From an uncultured Eubacteriales bacterium (lineage in GTDB: Bacteria; Acidobacteriota; Aminicenantia; Aminicenantales; Aminicenantaceae): 64,000 bases of DNA. The number at the start of each line of letters is the position of its first letter. The stretch's first letter is position 1. The stretch lies in NCBI GenBank assembly GCA_964410125.1, contig CAYPGQ010000009.1:13192-77191 (forward strand), read 5' to 3'. This document shows, piece by piece, positions 23,556 through 32,823 of this stretch. Below the pieces are notes generated by a model. The model was given only the letters and a program-made list of their open reading frames with translations, was not told the origin of the DNA and ran no database searches. Position numbers and translations under genes: made by a program.

Positions 23556-24977
23556 CTATATCGGGAAGTGGATGAGGAAAGAGGTTCCTTTGTTCACTTC
23601 GCTTTCGACTTCGATTTTTCCCCCATGACAATCGGCCACCCTTTTGACGATGGAGAGTCCCATCCCTAAACCGCCAGTTTCTTTAAATCGGGATTTATCC
23701 ACGACATAAAAGCGGTCGAAGATCAAAGGTTGCGATTCTTCCGGGATCCCTATGCCCGTGTCTTTAACGAGGAGGGTGAATGTCCCGTCCTTTTTATCCA
23801 GACTGACTTCCACCTTCCCTCCCGAATGTGTGTACCGGATGGAATTGTCGATGATGTTGGCGACCATCCGTTCCAGCAGGACTTCTTCTCCTTTGATTTG
23901 GGCTGGTTCCGCCTTCTTGATATCGAGTGTGATGTCTTTCTTTTTTGCGGCAAGCTCCTGGCTTTCTACGACCTTGAGCAGAATTTCATCCAACTGAACC
24001 GACTTGTCGAACTCCTTTTTTTCCAGAGCTTCGATCCTGGAAAGGAAGAGAAGGTCGTCGATGATCCGTTCCAGATAGGCCGCTTCCTCGAGAGTACTCT
24101 TTAAAATTTTTTGGTACTCTTCTTTGTTGCGCTCTTTCCGGAGAAGCACTTCGATTTCACCCCGGATTATGGTCAGCGGGGTTCTCAACTCATGGGAGAC
24201 ATCGCCGCTGAATTGTTTGATTTTTTTGACCGATTTTTCCAATCGGGAAATCATATCATTGAAGGTATCAACCAGTTCTCCGATCTCGTCTTGGCGTTGT
24301 CCGGACTCGATGCGCAAAGACAGATCATCGGCGGAGATATCCTTGGCTGTTTGAACGACACTCTTGACTGGTTTCAAAGCTTTTCGGATGATAAAATTTC
24401 CTCCTAAAGAAGCCAGTAACATCAACCCGCCTCCTGCGAGGATCATGATAATCATCAGTCTTCGCAGATCGAATTCGGTGTTCTCCAACGAAATCCCCAC
24501 CTGCACAATATTGGGCCCTCTTGCAGGATACAGGATAGTGCGTACAGGATAGGGGCCGAGTTTCTTTTCATTATGGGTCATGTAAACCAGGCTATCGATG
24601 TCCGATCGATCAGCGCGGTAGTAAGTTCTCACATCAAGCAGAAAACTTCCTTCCTCAACCGGCTCGGGACGAATAACTTCCGTGATTTTTTTTCTTCCAT
24701 GATCCTGTAATTTTACAATTTGAATCAACGGCTGGTAGGTTTGGAACTTCCTTGTTGTTTCCCGGATGGCTTTTTCCCAGGACACGCCCCGCTCTCGGTA
24801 CCAGGTTTCATTAGTCTCACCTGCGATCTCCAGCAATTTGGCATCGAGCTCATCCAGCAGGCTGTCTTTAAAGCTTTGATACTGAAAAATACCGGCCAGG
24901 ATGATGATTCCCCCAAGGATCACGATATACCACAGGGTGAGTTTAAAGCTTAGTGACCGGAATTTTTTAGTCTTCAT
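23556..24977 (-). CDS. Two-component sensor histidine kinase (CusS/heavy-metal-sensor-like architecture)
   Basis: Two TM helices flank a periplasmic domain. There is a HAMP domain, the H-box DVSHELRTPLT and an HATPase domain (IIDNSIRYT, DTGIGI, GGLGMGLSIV). The ATG at 24977 overlaps the RR stop by 11 nt, and the track ORF extends further upstream. Confidence 0.85.
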   Translation of the reverse strand: MKTKKFRSLSFKLTLWYIVILGGIIILAGIFQYQSFKDSLLDELDAKLLEIAGETNETWYRERGVSWEKAIRETTRKFQTYQPLIQIVKLQDHGRKKITEVIRPEPVEEGSFLLDVRTYYRADRSDIDSLVYMTHNEKKLGPYPVRTILYPARGPNIVQVGISLENTEFDLRRLMIIMILAGGGLMLLASLGGNFIIRKALKPVKSVVQTAKDISADDLSLRIESGQRQDEIGELVDTFNDMISRLEKSVKKIKQFSGDVSHELRTPLTIIRGEIEVLLRKERNKEEYQKILKSTLEEAAYLERIIDDLLFLSRIEALEKKEFDKSVQLDEILLKVVESQELAAKKKDITLDIKKAEPAQIKGEEVLLERMVANIIDNSIRYTHSGGKVEVSLDKKDGTFTLLVKDTGIGIPEESQPLIFDRFYVVDKSRFKETGGLGMGLSIVKRVADCHGGKIEVESEVNKGTSFLIHFPI

Positions 24978-25638
24978 CGATCTGGAATCCATGGCCGCGG
25001 ATGGTTTGGATAAGCTTGATATCAAAATCTTTGTCGATTTTGTTGCGGAGATGATTGATGTACACGTTAACGATGTTGCTGAAACCTTCATAATCCATGT
25101 CCCAGACATGTTCGAGGATCATGGATGGAGTTACGGTTCGCCCCCGGTTTCGTAGCAAATACTCCAACAAGGCATATTCTTTGCCGGTGAGATCGATCTT
25201 TTCACCCGCTCTGGTAACCATCCGCCTTAAGGGATCCAGTTCCAGGTCTCCAACCTTTAGTTCTTTGGTCTTGTAATCCTGGCTTCTTCTCAGGAGCGCG
25301 CGAATCCGGGCTAACAGCTCATCGAAAGAGAATGGCTTGGTCAGATAATCATCGGCGCCCTCGGAAAGCCCTGTCACCTTGTCCTCTATCTCGTCTTTTG
25401 CTGTCAGCATAAGGATAGGCGTGAGAATCGCCTTTTGTCTCATTTCCCGGCAAACCGTGAAGCCGTCCATCCCAGGCAACATGATGTCCAAAACGATCAC
25501 ATCGTACGGGTTGAGTTGGACAAGGTATAAAGCATCGGTGCCGTTGCGGCAGACATCCACGGCATATTGTTCTTCCTGCAGACCCCTTTTTAGAAATCCC
25601 CCGACCTTTTTGTCATCTTCCACGATAAGTATTCGCAT
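24967..25638 (-). CDS. OmpR-family DNA-binding response regulator
   Basis: REC (MRILIVEDD...VIVLDIMLPGMDG...MLTAKD) plus a winged-helix domain (LTGKEYALLEYLLRN...VNVYINHLRNKID). An alternative upstream start lies at 25686. Confidence 0.9.
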   Translation of the reverse strand: MRILIVEDDKKVGGFLKRGLQEEQYAVDVCRNGTDALYLVQLNPYDVIVLDIMLPGMDGFTVCREMRQKAILTPILMLTAKDEIEDKVTGLSEGADDYLTKPFSFDELLARIRALLRRSQDYKTKELKVGDLELDPLRRMVTRAGEKIDLTGKEYALLEYLLRNRGRTVTPSMILEHVWDMDYEGFSNIVNVYINHLRNKIDKDFDIKLIQTIRGHGFQIDED

Positions 25639-25697
25639 GGCCTTATTATAATTCACGTCTGCGGAAAAGGAAATGGAATCTGACATACACTTAAGGT

Positions 25698-26990
25698 TTA
25701 AAACCTGCCCCTTCCTCGGTATCGTGTTCTTCCAAACCGGGGATTGACCACATTGCTGTAAACCGATCCGAAGGTGTACCGCAATCCCACGGATATGGAA
25801 TAATCGTAGGCTGTGAGCAACTCTTTTCTTGCCAGGAGGACCTCATCCAGAGATGCATCTCCTATTGGCAAGGACAATTGGTCGTGGACAAGGTCATATC
25901 GTCCATTAATATCTAAAGAGAGTCCCTTAAATACTCGGATATCCAGGTTCCCGTATACTTGCAGGCGATTTTTTTTAAAGTCATGGAAATAATTCGAGCC
26001 TTCGATCGAAGCGGAAGCATTCCCCCAAGGCTCTCTGATGCTGAGAGTTACCGTGAGTGACTGATTGAACAGAGTCTCTGACATTTTGTCGTAAATTGTC
26101 ACGTCCCTGTAATTGGCGTGGTTGTATCCAATTTTGTAAAGGAACCTGAGCTGTCGCCTTGTGGATTCGGAATAAGGCCAAATATTGTACTCCACTGCGG
26201 GGGCAATCGTGAAAAGAAGATCCAAGTTGCTGTACGTGTTCGCTTCAGCCTCGATCCAACCTCCTATTGACCAGTGGTCGTTGATGCTTTTCACGACCAT
26301 GCTCGTGGCGTTTTTTTGCTCAGAGACACTTTCGATGTATTCGTCTTCATAATCGTATGTGCGTTTGTCGAAATCGCCGGAGAGACCCAACCGGATATTC
26401 CAGTCGGGCGTGACCCTGTTGGCCGAGATGTTCACATCCAGGGAGCGAGAGCTTCGGCTGGATTCTCCTGATAAGCGGGCGTCCACACTTATACTGAACA
26501 CCCAAAAATTCCAGGGGTCCTTAACTGCAGTTGGTTTGAGTTTTTGATGGAAGCTCAAGTAGATGTGTTCGGCTATCGGCGTTTTGACCACATACGGGAA
26601 AAGTCCCCTTTTCATCACCTCGACCTGGCCTTTTCTGGTCTCATCTCTCGTATCGTTCGGGCCGGATGAATAGGTGAGGGAATTGTCCAAACCTGTGTAT
26701 TCGTTCAATCCGATAAAGGCGAACGTGTATTCCTGGCCTCCGCTTCCTGTGCTTTGGTCTGTTACCAGAACATGGATGTCTGCGTCCTTTCTATCGCGGA
26801 CATAATTGATATAGGTGATTTCTTCCCGGAAAAAGTCTCTGTCGCATCTGCGGCAGTCGAGAAAGACTTTTGGGGCGGCCTCTTTAAGCTCATCCACGTT
26901 GGGTTTAGGATTGTCAGCCATAAGTTGAGTTGTCGGCAAAGAACAACAAATCCACACGAGTAGAAAAAAAAGTATTCGTGATCGCTTCAT
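25698..26990 (-). CDS. Hypothetical outer-membrane beta-barrel protein
   Basis: AAGGAGAA Shine-Dalgarno sequence and a signal peptide (MKRSRILFFLLVWICCSLPTTQLMA). The body is long and beta-rich with alternating hydrophobicity. It has no known family and heads the two-component system operon. Confidence 0.55.
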   Translation of the reverse strand: MKRSRILFFLLVWICCSLPTTQLMADNPKPNVDELKEAAPKVFLDCRRCDRDFFREEITYINYVRDRKDADIHVLVTDQSTGSGGQEYTFAFIGLNEYTGLDNSLTYSSGPNDTRDETRKGQVEVMKRGLFPYVVKTPIAEHIYLSFHQKLKPTAVKDPWNFWVFSISVDARLSGESSRSSRSLDVNISANRVTPDWNIRLGLSGDFDKRTYDYEDEYIESVSEQKNATSMVVKSINDHWSIGGWIEAEANTYSNLDLLFTIAPAVEYNIWPYSESTRRQLRFLYKIGYNHANYRDVTIYDKMSETLFNQSLTVTLSIREPWGNASASIEGSNYFHDFKKNRLQVYGNLDIRVFKGLSLDINGRYDLVHDQLSLPIGDASLDEVLLARKELLTAYDYSISVGLRYTFGSVYSNVVNPRFGRTRYRGRGRF

Positions 26991-27104
26991 TCCTATTCTC
27001 CTTTGTCTTTCGAATTTCACTCCTTTTAGGTAAATCAGGATAGCACATGAATGTTAAAAGAATGTGAATATTACATTAAAGAATTTTAATCTTCACTTCC
27101 TGAA

Positions 27105-28454
27105 TTATTTTATGAGGAAAAGCTTTGTTTGGTGTCCGTCGATGAATTTGCAGCCGTCTTTGGTGAAAACGCCCCCTTCTTCCAGGCCCATTCGTATATC
27201 CAGATTGTCCCACTCCGGCACTTTGTACCTGTTGTTCATTTCGATGGCGTAACACGTGTTGTAATACAGAGGGTAATCTCCCCGTACGGGGACGCCGTCC
27301 TGCCGGTTCCAGAGCCCGACCACAAATCCGGCGGCATGTCCATGCACTCCCAGAGGGTGGCAGTAGACGCTGGGTGTCAGGCCTTCGGCCTTGGCTTTCT
27401 CTAGCGAAGAACGAAGAACTTCGTTTCCGGTTCGGCCGATCCGGTGTTCTGCCATCACGATATCCTGCAGCCGGTTTCCTCTGAGCAACGCTTCTTTCAA
27501 TCCCTTCGGGGCATCATTTTCGCCGATTCGGCACACGTAAGCATTTTGCTGGGTGTCGGTGCAGAGCCCTAGATATACGATGCCTATATCGCAATGCAGG
27601 AGATCTCCGCGCCGGATAATATGAGGATTGTCCTTGTACATCATTGCATCTTTCTCGGAGCGTTGAATAGAGACGGAGGGCTGAAACCAGGTTTCCAGGC
27701 CGAGGTCTGTAAACCGCTGCCGGATCCACCAAACCACGTCCTTAGTAGTTGTCGCATCGGGAACGATCACTTGATTCGAGAAGAATTCGGCGATGATGTC
27801 GTGGGCAACCCCGCAGATGTGACGATACAGACTCAGCTCACGAGGGCTTCGCGTTTCAAGCCACCCCACACACAGGTTTTCGGCCGATACCAGACGGGTA
27901 GATAATTCTGGCCCAAAAGCTTTGACTAAACCAGCCTTGAAGGAGGCCGACAGCCCATCTCCGAAAGCCCATGTTTCCGATTCGTTTATCCCGATTTTTT
28001 TTGGATTGTTCTTTTTAATATAGTCGGCTAGGACCTCCATCTGATCTTTGCTTTGGTCTGTGAAGATGGATTTATACCATTTTCCCATCCCATAGAAGCT
28101 GCCTGTCAGCCTTGCCACGCCCTTCTCTTTTCCTTTGTCATGGAAGATGAGGATGGAAGTGCGGCGGGCGGCCATGGTCGGTTCCGGGATCAAAGTCAGG
28201 TAAACTGGGTCCTCGTTATACTCTCTGCAGATGATGAGCCACATATCTATCCCTTCCCGGCGCATCAGCTCGGGAATGATGTGCTCCAACCGCCATTCCA
28301 GTATTTCGTTCATGACCTTGGCCCTGTCTTTTTCCGGCAGGATGTTGTCGATGTCTCGAACAGCCGTGGTCCCGATATTCTGAGAATATGCCGTTCCCGC
28401 AACTATTGATAAAAGGACTACCAAACAAACATACAAAGATTTTCCTGTTTTCAT
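27105..28454 (-). CDS. M24-family metallopeptidase (Xaa-Pro aminopeptidase/prolidase-like), exported
   Basis: Signal peptide. The pita-bread fold metal-ligand blocks are present (LLHCDIGIVYLGLCTD, HPLGVHGHAAG, CYAIEMN, MGLEEG). Confidence 0.75.
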   Translation of the reverse strand: MKTGKSLYVCLVVLLSIVAGTAYSQNIGTTAVRDIDNILPEKDRAKVMNEILEWRLEHIIPELMRREGIDMWLIICREYNEDPVYLTLIPEPTMAARRTSILIFHDKGKEKGVARLTGSFYGMGKWYKSIFTDQSKDQMEVLADYIKKNNPKKIGINESETWAFGDGLSASFKAGLVKAFGPELSTRLVSAENLCVGWLETRSPRELSLYRHICGVAHDIIAEFFSNQVIVPDATTTKDVVWWIRQRFTDLGLETWFQPSVSIQRSEKDAMMYKDNPHIIRRGDLLHCDIGIVYLGLCTDTQQNAYVCRIGENDAPKGLKEALLRGNRLQDIVMAEHRIGRTGNEVLRSSLEKAKAEGLTPSVYCHPLGVHGHAAGFVVGLWNRQDGVPVRGDYPLYYNTCYAIEMNNRYKVPEWDNLDIRMGLEEGGVFTKDGCKFIDGHQTKLFLIK

Positions 28455-28503
28455 ATGAACCTCGCTCTATAAAATTTTCTTTATGCCAAGAATAAGTTCA
28501 AAT

Positions 28504-30387
28504 CTACTGAACTTTGATGTTGATCCGCTTGGTGTCCGTGCCTCCGTTTTGAGACTTCACCTGAACCTCGACCCAGCCCTGGCCACCGTCCATCTTTACG
28601 AGAGCACCGAAACGGAGCGTCTGTTTTCCTTTCAGCCAAAACTCGGTTCCCTTTTTCGTGATCAATTCCACCTGCGCGCCGGGATTGGATGGATTGATAG
28701 CGGCTGAGCCTTTCGGAACCTCGATCATCGAAATATTGTTGGATGTCTTGAGCATGATCTTATCTTTTTTGACAAGTTTCAATTGTTGGCTTCTGTCCGA
28801 GGCAGTCGGGTAAACCCTGTTGTTTTTGACTGCTGCCTCGATCCAGTAAAGGTTATCCGCTGCCGGGCGCACGGTGATTTCCTCAACCTCGACCTTGGGG
28901 AACTGGCTGGCACAGTACATCACGAACTGGGCATTTTTGTAGGCTTCCTGCTCGATATACCGGGCAGGAGGGGTTCGGCGGATGTGTTTTTTCGGGGATC
29001 CGCCTATCCATATCTCCCCCAGGTCGGGGTGGTCTACTTTGTGCGGATTTATCCAACCTTCACCCATGAGCTCGATATCGATCCATTGGAGCATTTCTTC
29101 ATCGGAAACACGGCCGTCGCCGTCCATATCCGCATATTCGGCATTCGAACCCCAGAGTTCGATCAGATAGCTGTAAGCACCAAGCATGTAATAGGTGGCT
29201 GCGTTAGCCTGACCGCTGAGTCCACCGATGGTCGGGCGGTAATTTTGCAGAATTCGTGCCCCAGTGCTGACGATAGCCGTCTGGGTGTCCATATCGTGCT
29301 GATTGACCGGTGCCACCTGGCGGTCAAAAAGCTGAGCGTACTTGTTTCTTTCCCTCATCATCGCTAGACGTTGCTCTTGCATCTCTTGCATTCGCTGGGC
29401 CTGTTCGGCACTCATATTGGGCTGCCGGACTGCCGGAGGGGCCTGGAACATGACCAAACGGCCTGTATTGTGGTAGTGAAAACTGGCAAAGATGTTCGGA
29501 TGGTTGAGCTGAAACTCGAACACATTCCGGCATTCGGACTCTGACATCGGATAGGGATTTCCTGCCTGCAGGTTCCATCCGTAGGGATAATTCCTGTTGG
29601 GGTCAGGGCCACCGATGTCGTCCTCATTGATCAACCCGTCGCCGTCGTTGTCGTATCCTTCTCCGCCAATGCGGGTGAAAAGTTTTACTCCTTCTTCTGG
29701 ATTTTCTACACGGATGAATTGCCTCTTGTCAGCAGAGAGTTTGTAGTTCCCTTTGGGGCCCTCGATGTACATGGTAGAGAGTTCTCCATCACCGTCCACA
29801 TCTTCGGTTTGATCCTCATCGTAAAGCCCGTCGCCGTCGTTATCTTCCGGCCGGTAGGGTTCGCGCGGATTGTTCGGGGTGTTGGGATGTACGACAAAGG
29901 ATTCGTTGGCATCCACGTTCAATCCCGGCAGGAGGTAGAAGGTGCAGTTGTCCACAAGATCATGCACATAGGGATCGTAATTGTACCGTGTCAACAAGTA
30001 CCACATCAGATAAAGAGAGCATGTGATGCCGTTGACTTCATTACCGTGCACAGCACCGTCCACCCACATGGCTGTTTTCTCGGAATGTTTTCCGGTCGCC
30101 TTGGCTGTTATGGTGATTAAGTACTGGTCACGGTCCATCCGGCTTTTTCCGATGGACTGGATATCCGAGAGCTGCGGATACTTTTTTTGTATGTTGTGCA
30201 TGATTTTGGTCCACTCCGCATAGCTGTAATACCGGCTCCAACTGATCGGAAAGTCCAATTCTCCATGGTATCCACCCGGGCTTTTTTGCAGATTTTTCTG
30301 GGCGATGCCTGGGGGAGTCAGGACAAGAACCATGGTTATTACAAGAGTTGCTGTGTATTTAAACAATCTTTTGATTTTCATCTTCAT
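28504..30387 (-). CDS. M14-family zinc carboxypeptidase, exported, with Asp-rich Ca-binding-like inserts
   Basis: Signal peptide. It has the zinc motif VHGNEVNG (HxxE), NRNYP and a later FHYHNTG. The acidic DxDxDG-type loops are EDNDGDGLYDEDQTEDVDGDGE and YDNDGDGLINEDD. Confidence 0.85.
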   Translation of the reverse strand: MKMKIKRLFKYTATLVITMVLVLTPPGIAQKNLQKSPGGYHGELDFPISWSRYYSYAEWTKIMHNIQKKYPQLSDIQSIGKSRMDRDQYLITITAKATGKHSEKTAMWVDGAVHGNEVNGITCSLYLMWYLLTRYNYDPYVHDLVDNCTFYLLPGLNVDANESFVVHPNTPNNPREPYRPEDNDGDGLYDEDQTEDVDGDGELSTMYIEGPKGNYKLSADKRQFIRVENPEEGVKLFTRIGGEGYDNDGDGLINEDDIGGPDPNRNYPYGWNLQAGNPYPMSESECRNVFEFQLNHPNIFASFHYHNTGRLVMFQAPPAVRQPNMSAEQAQRMQEMQEQRLAMMRERNKYAQLFDRQVAPVNQHDMDTQTAIVSTGARILQNYRPTIGGLSGQANAATYYMLGAYSYLIELWGSNAEYADMDGDGRVSDEEMLQWIDIELMGEGWINPHKVDHPDLGEIWIGGSPKKHIRRTPPARYIEQEAYKNAQFVMYCASQFPKVEVEEITVRPAADNLYWIEAAVKNNRVYPTASDRSQQLKLVKKDKIMLKTSNNISMIEVPKGSAAINPSNPGAQVELITKKGTEFWLKGKQTLRFGALVKMDGGQGWVEVQVKSQNGGTDTKRINIKVQ

Positions 30388-30394
30388 CCTCCCT

Positions 30395-32521
30395 TTAATC
30401 GATAGAAACAGGTTTCGCCTTGGTACCGCCCTTCTGCGAAGTAACCACGACCTTGAGCGGTGTGTTTCCCTCCACCGCCACCAGCCATGTAACAGTCCGT
30501 GAAGGGCCCTTCTGGTTGACCTGGGTCGGTTGCCTCCGTTGTTGCCGCATAAAAGGCATCGGGAAACCCGGAGGATAGAAAAATCGCCGTTGGGATCGCT
30601 CTTGAGCAGGTGCTGCTGGCATCCTTTGTCCTGTGTAGCCAGGAATTTTCATGGTTCCTTCCATCACACCCAGCTTTTGGAAAGGCGTTCCGAGCAGATA
30701 AGTTGTTTTGGTGGGATCGCCGATAAGCCAGATCACGTCCTCTCTGTTTCCTGCCAGCTGAGCGCCTCGTGCAACATGGGTAGCGAGGTTCCCTTCATTT
30801 TTGACCTTGGCTGTGATTTGAACAACTTTGAATTTTCCCTTTGATTTGCCTTTTTTAATCGTGACCTGATCACCACTCTGAATTGCTTTGGCTTCTTTAG
30901 CGCTGTTGGTTGTGTATAGTACTTTAGCTTTGACATCGGTGATCACGACCTCTGGCAAAAGCCCTGCGCGGAAAAACGTGAACTGCCAATGATCCTCGCA
31001 TACCTTACGCAGCGGGTCACCAGGCCAAGCATTGTTGCGCAAGTTGGGAAGCCAACCGCCGATTTCTCCATCACCAAGCTCTGGGTGCTTGAATGGTTTC
31101 CAGTCGACAAAAAGCCCGCCGCCGTATTTTTCATCCTGGTATTTCAGTGTTTCCCGTTGTCTCTGGGTATAATTCTCATCTCCTTCGGATTTGGGAAAAC
31201 CGGGGATGTCATTCCTGGGATTCCAGAGTTCAGTGCAGAGGGTGTATATGCCGTACTGCATGTACATCCAGTCTGCGGCCATGCCATAGCTGTAACGTTG
31301 GTCACGTTCTTCATTGTAACTCACCCTCCAGCCCCATGGCAGCTCGTATCCCCGCATGATGGCATATTTATTTTTCGATGTCTTCTTGAGCTCCTCCTTG
31401 TATTTATCCAGGTTGTCGGGATTTTGCCATGCTTCCGGGATCTCCTCCCCTATGATCTCCAGGTATTTTTTTCCCATGATGAAGTCCAAAACCGCCACGT
31501 CCTTTAGGTGCAGGTTGGGGTGCGGGGCTGTCCCCATCGGGCGGAAGGTAAATCCGCCCGAGGTATGGTAATTCTGCGCCATCAGAATATTTGTGTGGTT
31601 GGTCAGAAACTCGGCCATGGCGTGGGTTTCAGGCGCTGAGGTGGGGTAGTTACCCGAGCCGCCGGCAAATCCGTCGGGCCGCCACCAACCTTCGGGATAA
31701 TTTCGGTTGAGGTCGATCCCAGACTCAGAATCCTCCCCGCGCTTGCCATCGCCATCGTTGTCCTTATCCTCTGTGATAACAGAATAACGGGGCTTGTCTG
31801 TTTTTTGGTTTCCTCGGACTCGTATCATCAGGCGTGGATCTTGGTCATCCATGACGTAGTTACCCTTGGGATCCTTATAGCGGAACTGGAGGATTCGCCC
31901 GTCTCCATCGAGGTCGTCTGGTCCGTCCTCGTTGATCTTCCCGTCGTTATCGTCATCTTTTTTCATGCTGTTGTATCGCTGTGGTATACCTTTTTCCACA
32001 CTGTTGTACACTCCGTCCGGATTGACCATCGGGCAGATGAAGAAGGTTTTGTTGTCGATTATGGTTGTGATCTCTTTGTCGGATCCATAACCTGAGACCA
32101 GCTTATCGATGGTGTACAGACAGACTTCGGTCCCGGTAAACTCGTTTCCGTGCGTGGCTCCAGAGATCCAGTGACCTGGTTTTCCTTGATAGGATTTCAT
32201 CGGGATGACATTTTTCACGCCTTCTTTGCGTTTGTTCCGAAGGTCTACATGGGCGTCGATCGTAGTCCCGGTCTTCATGTTGGAGATTACGAGGACATAA
32301 ATTGACCTGCCCATCGTGCTTTTCCCTATTTCTGTGAGTTTGGTGATGTTTGGATAGGCTTTGGCCACGGCCTTAAGATAGTTCAACGTGCCGGTGTAGC
32401 CGTGGTATTTGTCGAAACTAATCGGCACTTTTTGTGCGGCGCGCATAGGAGTGCTAATGATAAGGCCAAACATGATAAATAAGATGGCTATCCTGAGAAA
32501 ATAGACAGATTTCAACTTCAT
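30395..32521 (-). CDS. M14-family zinc carboxypeptidase paralog, exported
   Basis: The ATG at 32521 lies behind GGAGGG. There is a signal/anchor (VYFLRIAILFIMFGLIISTPMRAA), THGNEFTG, DLNRNYP and QNYHTSG. The same acidic loops occur (DDDNDGKINEDGPDDLDGDG, DKDNDGDGKRGED). The C-terminal tail resembles that of its neighbour. Confidence 0.85.
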   Translation of the reverse strand: MKLKSVYFLRIAILFIMFGLIISTPMRAAQKVPISFDKYHGYTGTLNYLKAVAKAYPNITKLTEIGKSTMGRSIYVLVISNMKTGTTIDAHVDLRNKRKEGVKNVIPMKSYQGKPGHWISGATHGNEFTGTEVCLYTIDKLVSGYGSDKEITTIIDNKTFFICPMVNPDGVYNSVEKGIPQRYNSMKKDDDNDGKINEDGPDDLDGDGRILQFRYKDPKGNYVMDDQDPRLMIRVRGNQKTDKPRYSVITEDKDNDGDGKRGEDSESGIDLNRNYPEGWWRPDGFAGGSGNYPTSAPETHAMAEFLTNHTNILMAQNYHTSGGFTFRPMGTAPHPNLHLKDVAVLDFIMGKKYLEIIGEEIPEAWQNPDNLDKYKEELKKTSKNKYAIMRGYELPWGWRVSYNEERDQRYSYGMAADWMYMQYGIYTLCTELWNPRNDIPGFPKSEGDENYTQRQRETLKYQDEKYGGGLFVDWKPFKHPELGDGEIGGWLPNLRNNAWPGDPLRKVCEDHWQFTFFRAGLLPEVVITDVKAKVLYTTNSAKEAKAIQSGDQVTIKKGKSKGKFKVVQITAKVKNEGNLATHVARGAQLAGNREDVIWLIGDPTKTTYLLGTPFQKLGVMEGTMKIPGYTGQRMPAAPAQERSQRRFFYPPGFPMPFMRQQRRQPTQVNQKGPSRTVTWLVAVEGNTPLKVVVTSQKGGTKAKPVSID

Positions 32522-32687
32522 AACATTGTCCCTCCATAAGTTAGATATTTGTAAAAAAAAGTTGGGATGACTTGATAAGAACACATGGAAAGATATTACA
32601 TAATACAATCGGACGATAAAATCAATCATTTCCTACATTCCCTTGCTTGGCTTCCGAAACGGATAGAGATTAAATGAGATAGGCTAA

Positions 32688-32739
32688 TTTTTGGGCAAAA
32701 AAAGGGCTTAAATCGAAGTTTTTTTTAGGCCCAAAAAAA
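32688..32739. promoter_or_regulatory. Long A/T-flanked hairpin TTTTTGGGCAAAAAAA-(15 nt)-TTTTTTTT-AG-GCCCAAAAAAA in a divergent promoter region
   Basis: Read directly. It is a ~16-bp imperfect stem with a 2-nt bulge, between the M14 start (32521, minus) and the VWA start (32824, plus). Confidence 0.35.
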
Positions 32740-32823
32740 TAGTGTGATTTGCTATTAATGGAAAGACTCATGACGTGACTGAAATGGTCAAGTATGCTAT
32801 GGTGATAAATTGATTCCGAATTT

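Noticed and set aside
27061-27109. An ATGT-N7-ACAT palindrome (27062-27076) and an 11-nt partial match to the reverse-complemented 17-nt motif (CCTGAATTATT, 27099-27109) lie upstream of the outer-membrane/TCS operon.
   Set aside because: The spacing differs from the classical PadR ATGT-N8-ACAT site. The motif match covers only 11 nt in AT-rich sequence, which is too weak to call.
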